A DNA stretch of 64,000 nucleotides from positions 21,547 through 85,546 of IMG/VR virus record IMGVR_UViG_3300032093_000068; one strand, given 5' to 3'. The DNA is from a virus. Positions 10,800-20,420 of the stretch are shown here, piece after piece. The notes beneath the pieces are model-generated. The model had not been told where the DNA came from and made no database searches. It saw only the letters and a program-made list of their open reading frames with translations. The position numbers and the translations under genes were made by a program. The first letter of the stretch is position 1, and every line of letters begins with the position of its first letter.

Positions 10800-11015
10800 A
10801 TGGACGAAAAATATTTTATCGCAAAACTTTATTATGAATTTCCTGATCAAGAAACTGGAAAAATAAAAAAAGTAAAAGAAGAAAAGCTTGTCAAGGGTTA
10901 TAATCCTACCGATATTGAAGCGAAAATTACAAAAAGATATCAAGATTTAACATTTGATTGGAGAATTACTTCAATTGCTGAAAGTAAAATTGACGAAGTT
11001 ATAGAAGTCATTTAA
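10800..11015 (+). CDS. Small protein resembling Bacteroidota DUF4494
   Basis: YFIAKLYYE...GKIKKVKEEKLV...TDIEAKI pattern; recalled similarity only. Confidence 0.5.
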   Translation: MDEKYFIAKLYYEFPDQETGKIKKVKEEKLVKGYNPTDIEAKITKRYQDLTFDWRITSIAESKIDEVIEVI

Positions 11016-11040
11016 TTATATTAATTAATTTTTTCTATGA

Positions 11041-11070
11041 AAAAGGGAACCCAAAAGGTTCCCTTTTTTT
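11041..11070. terminator. Rho-independent terminator, probably bidirectional
   Basis: AAAAGGGAACC-CAAAA-GGTTCCCTTTT followed by a T-run. Confidence 0.85.
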
Positions 11071-11130
11071 ATTTATTTAAGTTTTTTTTAGCAAAAACGT
11101 ATTAAAAATGGTTTTTTTTCAAAATAGCAA

Positions 11131-11138
11131 TATTTATA
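11131..11138 (+). promoter_or_regulatory. Putative late promoter TATTTATA for scaffold-capsid operon
   Basis: Between the terminator and ATG 11162. Confidence 0.6.
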
Positions 11139-11161
11139 TGAAAAAATAAAACATTTTTAAA

Positions 11162-12679
11162 ATGGCAAAAGAAAAAAATTTAGTCGAAGACGCTCTTATA
11201 CAAATGAGGAATTTGGAAGAAGCAGTAGCCGAAAACGCAAAAGGAATACTTGCATCAACAATGAAGCAAGAAATCAAAGATTTAGTAAAAGAATCGATCG
11301 TATCTGAACAAGATGACGAGGAGATTGAAACAGATGATGAAGTAGAAATTGACACTGATTCTGATGAAGAAGAAATAGATATGGATATTGATTCCAATGA
11401 GGATGAAATGGATATGGATGTTGATTCTGATGAAGAAGAAATGGATTTTGATATGGATTCTGATATTGAAGATACCACAATGTCTGATGATGAAGATGTA
11501 ATAGATTTATCAGGTTCTGAAATTTCTGATGAAGACCTATTAAAGGTTTTCTTAGCAATGGATGAGAATGATGGTGTTATAGTAAAAAAAGACAACAACA
11601 TGGTTAATTTAAAAGACGAAAACACTGATAAGGAATATATGATCCAAATGGAATCCGAAGAAGAAATGGATGAAATGTACGACGAGATGGAAGAATCCGA
11701 AGAAGAAATGGACGAAACATACGACGAAGTGGATGAATCCGAAGAAGAAATGGACGAAACATACGACGAGATGGAAGAATCCTATCAAGAAGAAGATGAA
11801 ACAATGACGATGGACGAAGAAGAAATGGATATCGACTCTATTGTTAATCAAGTTTTTGGTTCTGATTCCGAAAAAATGGAAGAATCATATGATGACGAGG
11901 TAGTTTATGAGATTGAAATTGATGAAGAAGAGGATGAAGAAGATGAAGGTTACCAAATGGAATCCACAAAACCAAAAATTGGAAAAGGAGCTAAAATCGG
12001 AAAACCTAAATTCTCATATAAAAAACCATCAGGTGGATTCAAAGAAAAAATGAAACAAGGAACAAAAGGTGTTGGTATTGGCAAAGGTCCGAAATTCGAA
12101 TTCAAAGAAGGTAAAAAAGATATTTCCAATGCAGTTAAAAAGGAAATGACACCTTTCAAGAAAAAAGAAGAAACTAAGGAAGCTGCTCGTACACTAGGTA
12201 TGGGAAGTAAATTTAGAAAAGGAGGTTTACCAAAACCAAGAGCTCACTCAAAATCCAATATTAACATTGACGAACAAAAATACGAACAACAAATTCAAGT
12301 TCTTAGAGAGAAAAATGAAGAATATCGCAAAGCTTTAAATGTTTTTAGAGATAAACTTAATGAAGTTGCAGTTTTCAATTCTAATCTAGCTTACGCTACA
12401 AGATTATTCACTGAACACTCAACATCAAAACAAGAAAAAATTAACATTTTAAGAAGATTTGACGATGTTGAAACTATCAAAGAATCTAAAAATTTGTATC
12501 GTACAATCAAAAATGAACTTTCACCTTCTCAAACAAAAGGTTCGATAAGTGAATCGATTGAAGGTAAAATTGACAGATCACCATCATCGGGATCTGCAAC
12601 CAATTTAATCGAGTCAAAAACTTATGAAAATCCTCAGTTTTTGAGAATGAAAGATATCATGTCAAAAATAACAAAATAA
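11162..12679 (+). CDS. Prohead core/scaffolding protein
   Basis: Highly acidic, coiled-coil C-terminus, located between protease and major capsid protein. Confidence 0.75.
   Translation: MAKEKNLVEDALIQMRNLEEAVAENAKGILASTMKQEIKDLVKESIVSEQDDEEIETDDEVEIDTDSDEEEIDMDIDSNEDEMDMDVDSDEEEMDFDMDSDIEDTTMSDDEDVIDLSGSEISDEDLLKVFLAMDENDGVIVKKDNNMVNLKDENTDKEYMIQMESEEEMDEMYDEMEESEEEMDETYDEVDESEEEMDETYDEMEESYQEEDETMTMDEEEMDIDSIVNQVFGSDSEKMEESYDDEVVYEIEIDEEEDEEDEGYQMESTKPKIGKGAKIGKPKFSYKKPSGGFKEKMKQGTKGVGIGKGPKFEFKEGKKDISNAVKKEMTPFKKKEETKEAARTLGMGSKFRKGGLPKPRAHSKSNINIDEQKYEQQIQVLREKNEEYRKALNVFRDKLNEVAVFNSNLAYATRLFTEHSTSKQEKINILRRFDDVETIKESKNLYRTIKNELSPSQTKGSISESIEGKIDRSPSSGSATNLIESKTYENPQFLRMKDIMSKITK
11651..11782 (+). 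repeat. 3 x 42-bp in-frame tandem repeat (ESEEEMDETYDEME)
   Basis: GAATCC unit starts at 11651, 11693, 11735 and (partial) 11777. Confidence 0.9.
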
Positions 12680-12712
12680 AAAAATAAACTAAAAAATAAA
12701 ATCCAATAAAAA

Positions 12713-14593
12713 ATGGGAGCATTATTAGAATCAGGTCTTGTTGGTAACATCGGGTTGAAACACCTTAAAGTTATCAAAGAAGACACAATCAACAAATGGG
12801 ACAAATTAGGGTTCCTTGAAGGCCTAAAAGGTCACCTAAAAGAAAATGTGGCGCAGCTTTACGAAAACCAAGCGTCATTTTTAATAAACGAAGCAACTTC
12901 TGACTCATCTTCAGGTTCTTTTGAAACTGTTGTATTTCCTATCGTTAGACGTGTGTTCTCTAAATTGTTAGCGAACGAAATCGTATCAGTACAAGCAATG
13001 AACTTACCAATCGGTAAATTGTTCTACTTTGTACCTAAAATTCAGGGATACTCAGGTGGAACAGTAGTTAATGGTGTAAATATTACATCAGGAGATCACT
13101 ACGCACCTGTTGGTTCACCTGGAAATTATCCTGGAGATCCTAACGCAGGATACAAATCAGGTACTGGTTCTTATAATTCTACATATGCTAGAAATCTTTA
13201 CGATTTGTTCTATGAAGGTACTGAACCAGGTTTAAATCCTGGTGGTCTTTTTGATTATTCAAAAGGTCGTTTTGTAACAATTACTGCTAACACACAAACT
13301 GTACAATGGACAAACGGTGTGTTAGTAACAGCAGCATTATCGTCTGGAGAGTATAGAAAAATTATTGTGACTCTTTCAGGGTTTTCAAATGCTGGTGTAG
13401 GAAAATTAATTGGACCTGACGGTCAAGAAGTTGATACCGAATCATTTCTATCGAATTTAGTTCTTTATACCGCAGATGCTACAGTAGCAGGGCAATTGGG
13501 TATAAGTGGCGCAACATCAAATGGTACTTACACACCTCTTTTATTTAGAGTGGTGACTCAGAGATACGGTAAAGGAATCGTAGCACCTACATACACATCT
13601 ACCCCAGCTCCTTTTAATACTGATAGATCAGGTGGTAATGGTGGTTATTATGATAACGTATGTAACCAAGACGGTATTATTTATTTGGAAATTGATGCTC
13701 AAGTACCTGTTTGCGTTTCTTGTGGTCAATCAACTCCAGATGGTTATTCAGGAGCAACAATTACCGCATCAGCTTGGTCAGGTACTGCTGAAAATGCACC
13801 AATCAAAGCGGCTTTCAGACGTTATGAAGAACTTGAATTTGAAGATAAAATCGGTGAAGTATCATTTGATCTTGAATCAGTAACAGTTTCTGTGACTGAA
13901 AGAAAATTAAGAGCACAATGGTCACCTGAATTAGCACAAGACGTTGCGGCATTCCATAACATCGACGCTGAAGCTGAATTGACAGCATTGTTGTCAGAAC
14001 AAGTTGCGGCAGAAATCGACCGTGAAATCCTTCGTGACTTACGTAAAGGCGCGGCTTGGAACCTACGTTGGGATTACAACGGATGGAAGAGATTATCTTC
14101 AGGTACTACTCCATACACTCAAAAAGACTGGAATCAAACATTGATTACTGCGATTAACCAAATTTCAGCTCAAATCCACAAATCAACACTTCGTGGTGGT
14201 GCTAACTGGATTATCGTTTCATCTGAAATTTCAGCAATTTTTGATGACTTGGAATATTTCCACGTATCAAACGCATCACCTGAACAAGATCAGTACAACA
14301 TGGGTATTGAAAGAGTTGGAACGTTAGCTGGTCGTTACCAAGTATATCGTGATCCATACTTCCCAGCAAACACTGTGTTGATTGGTCACAAAGGTACTTC
14401 GTTACTTGATACAGGTTACATCTACGCACCGTATGTACCACTTCAATTAACTCCAACAATGTACAATCCGTTTAACTTCACACCAATTAAAGGGATTATG
14501 ACACGTTACGCGAAAAAAATGGTAAATAACAGGTTCTATGGCCGCATTACTGTTGATGGTGTTCGTACATTTGATTTGAACGAATTGAGATAA
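12713..14593 (+). CDS. Major capsid protein (T4 gp23-like)
   Basis: VSVQAMNLPIGKLFY, RKLRAQWSPELAQD, AEIDREI, GYIYAPYVPL, FTPIKGIMTRYAK. Confidence 0.96.
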   Translation: MGALLESGLVGNIGLKHLKVIKEDTINKWDKLGFLEGLKGHLKENVAQLYENQASFLINEATSDSSSGSFETVVFPIVRRVFSKLLANEIVSVQAMNLPIGKLFYFVPKIQGYSGGTVVNGVNITSGDHYAPVGSPGNYPGDPNAGYKSGTGSYNSTYARNLYDLFYEGTEPGLNPGGLFDYSKGRFVTITANTQTVQWTNGVLVTAALSSGEYRKIIVTLSGFSNAGVGKLIGPDGQEVDTESFLSNLVLYTADATVAGQLGISGATSNGTYTPLLFRVVTQRYGKGIVAPTYTSTPAPFNTDRSGGNGGYYDNVCNQDGIIYLEIDAQVPVCVSCGQSTPDGYSGATITASAWSGTAENAPIKAAFRRYEELEFEDKIGEVSFDLESVTVSVTERKLRAQWSPELAQDVAAFHNIDAEAELTALLSEQVAAEIDREILRDLRKGAAWNLRWDYNGWKRLSSGTTPYTQKDWNQTLITAINQISAQIHKSTLRGGANWIIVSSEISAIFDDLEYFHVSNASPEQDQYNMGIERVGTLAGRYQVYRDPYFPANTVLIGHKGTSLLDTGYIYAPYVPLQLTPTMYNPFNFTPIKGIMTRYAKKMVNNRFYGRITVDGVRTFDLNELR

Positions 14594-14614
14594 TCAATTT
14601 AATTTTTAAATACG

Positions 14615-14645
14615 AAAAGGGACAAGAAATTGTCCCTTTTTTTTT
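14615..14645 (+). terminator. Rho-independent terminator after capsid gene
   Basis: AAAAGGGACAA-GAAA-TTGTCCCTTTT followed by a T-run. Confidence 0.9.
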
Positions 14646-14694
14646 GGTGTAAAATCAAATGTTGATGTTGCTTGTTTTTTTCCTCTTTTTAAGA

Positions 14695-14701
14695 TATTTA
14701 T
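14695..14701 (+). promoter_or_regulatory. Putative late promoter TATTTAT
   Basis: Between the terminator and ATG 14718. Confidence 0.55.
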
Positions 14702-14717
14702 TGTAAAAGTAAATATT

Positions 14718-15098
14718 ATGGCACTAAGAGTAATGAGCGGAACCACATGTGGTTCAAATTCACCAATAACATTAGTAGCGGATGACGCAATAGCGTCTAC
14801 AGCTTCAAGGGCATATCAACTTGATTCGGGTTTATGTGTTAATATAACCTTTATTTCTACCGCAACTACTACAAGTGCTGCGACCGCTAACGTAGCTTAT
14901 GGCCCATATACATCATGTACTCAGTGTATAACTCCTGCTAACTCAGGAGGTGTTACTGCTAGAGATTGTAAAGATTGTGGGACAGGCTCATTCACCTCAA
15001 CCACTTTTAACCAAGCTATCTATACAAACGGTCAAAATAGGGCGATTAGACAAAATAATACAGTTGCTTTAGGTGGATTTAACGGTCTCAATAATTAA
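14718..15098 (+). CDS. Small Cys/Thr-rich protein, candidate capsid decoration protein
   Basis: Follows MCP; YTSCTQC motif shared with Cys modules of the giant proteins. Confidence 0.55.
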   Translation: MALRVMSGTTCGSNSPITLVADDAIASTASRAYQLDSGLCVNITFISTATTTSAATANVAYGPYTSCTQCITPANSGGVTARDCKDCGTGSFTSTTFNQAIYTNGQNRAIRQNNTVALGGFNGLNN

Positions 15099-15307
15099 CT
15101 TTCTTTAGAAAGTAATCTTATACATTTAGACAACACTTCGGTTTCACCTATATTATAAACACCCCTCTCAAAAGCGTGTTTCACAGCATGAATCAAAAGT
15201 ACTGATGCAATACTTTTGTCCATAGTTTGCAAAATAGTTTCTAATTGTTCTTCAGAATTAATTTCTAATCTGTTAAATAGTACGGCTAGAGGTTGGTTGT
15301 TTTCCAT
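15095..15307 (-). CDS. Hypothetical protein
   Basis: 70-aa ORF with A-rich start. Confidence 0.6.
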   Translation of the reverse strand: MENNQPLAVLFNRLEINSEEQLETILQTMDKSIASVLLIHAVKHAFERGVYNIGETEVLSKCIRLLSKES

Positions 15308-15434
15308 TTTGTTTTGATTTCAAAAATAAAATCATTTCTTGATTTAAATCTTTAACATATTGATAGTTATCTAAAACCACTTTACTGAATTGTTCAGACA
15401 AATTAGAAGGTGGATTTATATTTTTATTTTTCAT
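15273..15434 (-). CDS. Small hypothetical protein (53 aa, absent from ORF track)
   Basis: Manual translation MKNKNINPPSNLSEQFSKVVLDNYQYVKDLNQEMILFLKSKQNGKQPTSSRTI*; fills the gap, A-rich start. Confidence 0.45.
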   Translation of the reverse strand: MKNKNINPPSNLSEQFSKVVLDNYQYVKDLNQEMILFLKSKQNGKQPTSSRTI

Positions 15435-15451
15435 TTTTATATGTTTTTAGA

Positions 15452-15459
15452 TATTTATA
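15452..15459 (+). promoter_or_regulatory. Putative late promoter TATTTATA
   Basis: Upstream of ATG 15485. Confidence 0.55.
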
Positions 15460-15484
15460 TGCAAATATAAACAATTTTTTTTAA

Positions 15485-16192
15485 ATGACAAATAAAATTA
15501 ATGAAGCCACAGGCTCACTTTCTTCAGGAAAATATTCAAACGTTCCTTTAGTTCCAGGAGAAAGATTGTTTAATAAACAGCAAATGCAACCATTTTATAT
15601 ACCGACTTCAAAATATGATAGCGCTGAATTGGCATATGATAGTTACGATAAGAAAATGAGCACACCAAAAAAAGAAATTGAAAAGAAAGAGAAAATGGCA
15701 AGAAGAATATCAAAATACATAAAAAATCATCCAATACAAAGTGATGATGATGGTAATATTTTAACCGGTCCTATTCAGACAAATGAAGGTTGGATTGAGA
15801 TTGATCAAAACACTGATGTTGATTTATTAACTGAGGATTTGGCCGTTTGGTTTGGCACAAAGAAAAAACCAAAAGGGTCTAAACAACCAAAGGGGCCTTG
15901 GGTTAACATTTGTAGAAAAAAGGAAGGTGGTGGTCACCCCCCTTGTGGAAGACCTGACGCATCATCTAAAGGGTATCCTAAATGTAGAGCTGCTGGAGTT
16001 GCTGCTAAAATGACTGATTCTCAAAAAAGATCGGCGTGTCAACAAAAAAGAAAAGCGGAAAAATCAAAACCTAAAACAGGAACGGGTAACAAACCAACAA
16101 TGGTTTCGTATAAACCCAAAAAAAAGACCTCCAAAAATGAAGGTCTTAGGTTATTAATTAAAAATATTCTTAACGAAGTTAAATCTTCTTGA
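15485..16192 (+). CDS. Hypothetical phage protein with basic Cys-containing domain
   Basis: WVNICRK...PPCGR...YPKCR motif. Confidence 0.65.
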   Translation: MTNKINEATGSLSSGKYSNVPLVPGERLFNKQQMQPFYIPTSKYDSAELAYDSYDKKMSTPKKEIEKKEKMARRISKYIKNHPIQSDDDGNILTGPIQTNEGWIEIDQNTDVDLLTEDLAVWFGTKKKPKGSKQPKGPWVNICRKKEGGGHPPCGRPDASSKGYPKCRAAGVAAKMTDSQKRSACQQKRKAEKSKPKTGTGNKPTMVSYKPKKKTSKNEGLRLLIKNILNEVKSS

Positions 16193-16598
16193 GAATATCT
16201 GTTAAAGAGCAGGTAATTTGAGAATGTATTACCGTCTCATAAGATTTTCTGCGTTTTTCTATCTCATTATTAAATAGATAATTAACCCTACTCCAAGTTC
16301 TCGCCGTCATAAGTATTGAATAATGATATACGTGATTTGTCACAAAAGCTTGCTGGTGTTGCAAAGTTACATACATACCCAACCTATCATTAATTATAAT
16401 TTTCTTATCTGAGATGGGGGCGTAAATTAATTCCGAGTCGTTTTGTTTGAGTAGTTTTCTTGCGATATGAAAACAGGTCTTTTGATACCTATCCATATCG
16501 GGATCCATTTTTTGGTCAAGCGGTCTTCTATTTAACCAAATATTGTATTTGGTGATTAACCGACTAATTTTTCTTTTAAAGAATTGATAGATTGTCAT
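16179..16598 (-). CDS. Hypothetical protein
   Basis: 139-aa ORF preceded by a host-type promoter. Confidence 0.65.
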   Translation of the reverse strand: MTIYQFFKRKISRLITKYNIWLNRRPLDQKMDPDMDRYQKTCFHIARKLLKQNDSELIYAPISDKKIIINDRLGMYVTLQHQQAFVTNHVYHYSILMTARTWSRVNYLFNNEIEKRRKSYETVIHSQITCSLTDILKKI

Positions 16599-16617
16599 AC
16601 CTTGAATTTTGGAAATA

Positions 16618-16647
16618 CAAAGGTATGGAAAATTTTTTATTTAACAA
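16618..16647 (-). promoter_or_regulatory. Bacteroidota-type housekeeping promoter (-33 TTG, 19-nt spacer, -7 TACCTTTG)
   Basis: Minus strand reads TTG-TTAAATAAAAAATTTTCCA-TACCTTTG, matching TTG-N19-TAnnTTTG. Confidence 0.7.
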
Positions 16648-17129
16648 TAAGGTGGGGAACATTTTTTATTTCCGCTAGCGTCTGGCATTTTTCCTTTACA
16701 AACTTGTACAGCATAACCATTTGCATAAGCTGAGGGGTAGACCTTAAATTTAGCTTTAGCCGCCGATTTACCTCTTGCACAAAGTTTTGTACCTGTTTTT
16801 TTCTTCCCTTCTTCCATCATACCCACAAAAGATTTGTCCTCAATTTCTTGAGTTCCATCGCCTTTTGTATGGTTCATAATAAAATCAAATACTTGATCCA
16901 TATTATTTTTTGCTTCGGCAATGTGGTCTTGAGCCCAATCGTGACCATCATCCAAAATTTGCTCAACCATATCTTGGTCTAATTCTAATAACATATCACA
17001 TTGTCTTCTCATTTGTTCTAAATTTGAAAAGAACATATATCTATCTGAACGATCTTCATGCGATTCTTGTAAAACTCTTTTTACAATACTTTGTATATCT
17101 TGTTCTGTTAATTTGATAATTTTTTTCAT
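16641..17129 (-). CDS. Hypothetical protein with basic C-terminal PSAYA motif
   Basis: 162-aa ORF; leader MKKIIKLTEQDIQSIVKRVLQE; LCARGKSAAKAKFKVYPSAYAN. Confidence 0.65.
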   Translation of the reverse strand: MKKIIKLTEQDIQSIVKRVLQESHEDRSDRYMFFSNLEQMRRQCDMLLELDQDMVEQILDDGHDWAQDHIAEAKNNMDQVFDFIMNHTKGDGTQEIEDKSFVGMMEEGKKKTGTKLCARGKSAAKAKFKVYPSAYANGYAVQVCKGKMPDASGNKKCSPPYC

Positions 17130-18619
17130 TTTTTATTAACAATTTGAAATTTAATTTGTCTTTTATAAGTATTAACTTCACCATTTATTTCTAATTTTAT
17201 ATCAATGAAATATTCGTTTGGTATTTTATCTCTTGTGTCAAAAATAAAATAGTATTCGGTTGGCGTTTTATTAATTTGTGTCCAATCTTGAACTTGAACC
17301 TCTGTTTGACCCTCCCTAACATAAACTCTATAAAATGCCCTGATTTTATTTAAAGGTTGGTTTGATGTATATTCTTTTTTTATTATAACACCAACTTTTC
17401 TGATATCCGTGTTAAGAATTTTTTCATCTTGTTTAATACCATAATAATCAAAACCATAAACTGAAGGATCATTGGTTGATGTTCCAATTGAAATTGACGA
17501 CGAATAAGGTCTTATAATCAATTCATTTTCTACGTTTGGTAATGGGACGCCATTTAACGAGATTCCGCTCCATACATCATTAAACGTGCAAGGAGACTTA
17601 TACCCCAATATGGCGGGTATTATAACTTCATATACTCCTTTTGTTTTTCTGCAAGTTGTAAGTGAAGTTAATCCTGAAATCGGGTCACCCGAACTATCAA
17701 AAATTGTAACATAAGGATTTGAATCCAAATTAACCGGATTTCCATCATCATAAACATAAAGATATAACTTATTTGCTTTTCCTAATGCAAATAAATCTCT
17801 ATCATCTTGTATTAAATCATCATACGATGTTAGCAAATATGGTTCATAAAAAGTTTGAGTGTGGCGTGTAAAAAATTCAACCGAATAATAATTTGTGGTT
17901 GCGGTGAAATTCTCAATATTTGGGGTGTATGCAATTCCCCAACCTGTTACACCTGTAATTGTTCCATTTAAAATTCCGTTTATTTCATCTGTCATATCAA
18001 ATGAAATGTTCTCATTTCCGAATTCAAAGTGCTGATGATCAATGATTGTAAGGGCTGAATAATTTAAACCAGTTTGAGCGGTCAAAGAATTTGAATTATC
18101 ATAAATTCCCGGATTTGACCAACTATATGTTGTTTTTCTTGCAAACCAATTTGATGGATTTATAGAATAGTTAGATAAATCATTATCCAATAAATTCAAA
18201 TCAACTTGCGTTTCTAAGTTTATATTTTTTCCAATACCTTCGTCCCAAGTTTGGGGGTCTCCTGTATCTCCTGAAGATAGGGGTATTCTAAATAAAAACA
18301 AATCAAATGAGGTTGCTCTTGTTAGATAATCAAAAAACCTTTTTTGATTTATAAGGTCTTTTTCAAAAGTTGCGGTATTTGTTATTATCAATGTGTGTGT
18401 CATTGAACTTGTGCAACCTGTCTGAATTAGACCGTCATTTATTTTAGATTTTAACAAATCTAAATTAATATCAAAAATAAACCTTGAGTACGTATATCTC
18501 GGTTCATTTAAATTTTCTAACCCATATACAAGTTCTGCTATGGGTTCTTGACCTGCATTTACAAATGAATTAAGAAAAATTGTATTATTTTTACTGAAAT
18601 AAGAATTATTTATAGACAT
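17126..18619 (-). CDS. Putative virion structural protein
   Basis: 497 aa, beta-rich composition, downstream of spike gene, own late-type motif. Confidence 0.55.
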   Translation of the reverse strand: MSINNSYFSKNNTIFLNSFVNAGQEPIAELVYGLENLNEPRYTYSRFIFDINLDLLKSKINDGLIQTGCTSSMTHTLIITNTATFEKDLINQKRFFDYLTRATSFDLFLFRIPLSSGDTGDPQTWDEGIGKNINLETQVDLNLLDNDLSNYSINPSNWFARKTTYSWSNPGIYDNSNSLTAQTGLNYSALTIIDHQHFEFGNENISFDMTDEINGILNGTITGVTGWGIAYTPNIENFTATTNYYSVEFFTRHTQTFYEPYLLTSYDDLIQDDRDLFALGKANKLYLYVYDDGNPVNLDSNPYVTIFDSSGDPISGLTSLTTCRKTKGVYEVIIPAILGYKSPCTFNDVWSGISLNGVPLPNVENELIIRPYSSSISIGTSTNDPSVYGFDYYGIKQDEKILNTDIRKVGVIIKKEYTSNQPLNKIRAFYRVYVREGQTEVQVQDWTQINKTPTEYYFIFDTRDKIPNEYFIDIKLEINGEVNTYKRQIKFQIVNKK

Positions 18620-18633
18620 TTCAAAAGTTTATC

Positions 18634-18641
18634 TATAAATA
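18634..18641 (-). promoter_or_regulatory. Putative late promoter TATTTATA
   Basis: 14 nt upstream of ATG 18619 on the minus strand. Confidence 0.55.
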
Positions 18642-18656
18642 TCATTTAAACACGAA

Positions 18657-20231
18657 TTAATTAATTCTTATTTGCTGATTTAAAATTGTGTTTGGAGCGT
18701 CCAAAAGTTTTTGTAAAATTTGAGCAGATTGGGTTCCATCTTGACCTACAGGAACTGCAGCCAATCCGTGATATGGATGAACGTGAGATAATAAAAACTT
18801 AACGATTAATTCTATCAAATCCATCATTTTTTCACCTCTAATTAAAGGTTCGGTTTTTGATTCAATATCTAAATAGACATCTGGCGATATTCCATAAATT
18901 GTATCTTTTAAATTTATTTTAAGATCACCAATTTGAGTATCGTGAGATAGTAGATAAAGTTTTTGGGCTCCTAATGACCCAATTGTTATATTTTGATTTG
19001 AATCTATAATGGGGGTTACTTTTTCTGTTTTAATTTTAAGTAAAGGTCCTAATGTATCTTTTGCAGAAACAATACCAAATCCAAAAGAATTTGATCCTTC
19101 AATTAATCCAACTTTTTGATAAATTGAGTATAGGTTATTTGACTCAACTGGTCCTCCTGCAGCATCCACCATTTTATTATAAAAATTTGGGTGGGGTCTA
19201 TATGCAAACGGAAACTGTTTTCCTGATTCTGGTCTGAAAGGAATTGTTGTAAATCCAGGGATATCAATTAACCCATTATTTAGTCCTCTAACATATTCGT
19301 TAATTAACTTAACTACCTCAACTGATGATTTAGCTTGGAAGAAAATACTGGCCGGTAATTTAACCCCTTTCCAATTTTCAACATCAGTATCAACTTTGAA
19401 ATCTTTTGAGTTAACAGTTTCAGGTAAACCTTTTTTATTTATGTTGTATAAGTATATATTTCCTGTAAAGGAGTCAGCTTGATTTTCAGGGTTTATGATA
19501 TCATACTCAATTAGTAATATGAGTTTTTGAACGTCAGTTATAATTCTTGTTTGAGATGTTTGTTCTCCTTTTGTTTTTGTTGTTGTAAATCTGGCCAAGT
19601 CCAAAAACGCTCTTTTTTCATTTGATGTTGGTAAAGTCGTGGTTGGTCCGACCAAATCATTTGTTTTACCCGCCCTTAGTAAAGATCTATCTTGTTGTAA
19701 AATTAAATCAGCAGTTCCTCTACCCAAAATAGCATTATCTTCAGGTTCAGGAAAAACCCCAAAAGTTTCTTTTGGTATTTGACCACCAACTTCTTTTAAG
19801 AATTTTTGAGTTTTATAATTTTCACCACCTGATGAATTTGTTTTAGTTTGGGTTTCCGATTCAAAAATTGTGGATAACGGAGTGGATGGCGACGCTGGTA
19901 AATAAAACCTATTTCTATCAGAAAGATATCTTGACTGAGATGAAGGGTCTTGAACGTAAGGATAAAATATATAAACTAACTCATCCTTTTTTGGTGTAAT
20001 ATTTGTGTAAAACGGTAATAAAGGTAAAATTACAAATGGATCATTTTCTTTCCATTGACAAATTTGTTTTACATTAGTTTCTACTTCTGTAATATCTTTA
20101 CAACCGCTAGGTACAGATTCTTTGATATCATCAAGTAATTCGATTTTTGGTAAAACTCTTAACCTACCTAATCTTAAAGGGTCATCACTATCTAATACCC
20201 TACCCTCAAATATTATTTTACCCTGCACCAT
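18657..20231 (-). CDS. Baseplate central spike/hub protein (gp5/gpV-like)
   Basis: N-terminal GRVLDSDDPLRLGRLRV (gp5 OB-fold signature) and C-terminal SHVHP (HxH metal-binding tip). Confidence 0.7.
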   Translation of the reverse strand: MVQGKIIFEGRVLDSDDPLRLGRLRVLPKIELLDDIKESVPSGCKDITEVETNVKQICQWKENDPFVILPLLPFYTNITPKKDELVYIFYPYVQDPSSQSRYLSDRNRFYLPASPSTPLSTIFESETQTKTNSSGGENYKTQKFLKEVGGQIPKETFGVFPEPEDNAILGRGTADLILQQDRSLLRAGKTNDLVGPTTTLPTSNEKRAFLDLARFTTTKTKGEQTSQTRIITDVQKLILLIEYDIINPENQADSFTGNIYLYNINKKGLPETVNSKDFKVDTDVENWKGVKLPASIFFQAKSSVEVVKLINEYVRGLNNGLIDIPGFTTIPFRPESGKQFPFAYRPHPNFYNKMVDAAGGPVESNNLYSIYQKVGLIEGSNSFGFGIVSAKDTLGPLLKIKTEKVTPIIDSNQNITIGSLGAQKLYLLSHDTQIGDLKINLKDTIYGISPDVYLDIESKTEPLIRGEKMMDLIELIVKFLLSHVHPYHGLAAVPVGQDGTQSAQILQKLLDAPNTILNQQIRIN

Positions 20232-20418
20232 TTTGTCTTTTCTGATATTCCTTTAATATTTTATTATAGTTAGATTCTATATTATCTAAATGATGAGTTA
20301 AAGTTATTATACCATTTTTTGTTCTATCAAACTCTGAATTTAAATAATCCATAGCTTTAACCAAATCCTTATTTGATTTATTTTGATAATCTGATAGTAT
20401 TTCTTCTAAGTTTTCCAT
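20218..20418 (-). CDS. Small coiled-coil hypothetical protein
   Basis: 66-aa ORF within operon. Confidence 0.6.
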   Translation of the reverse strand: MENLEEILSDYQNKSNKDLVKAMDYLNSEFDRTKNGIITLTHHLDNIESNYNKILKEYQKRQNGAG

Positions 20419-20420
20419 TT

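Noticed and set aside
1139-14459. Short antisense and alternate-frame ORFs over head genes (e.g. 1878-2225, 3159-3611, 11134-11625)
   Set aside because: Fully overlap well-supported genes; their composition mirrors acidic or Lys-rich sense codons.
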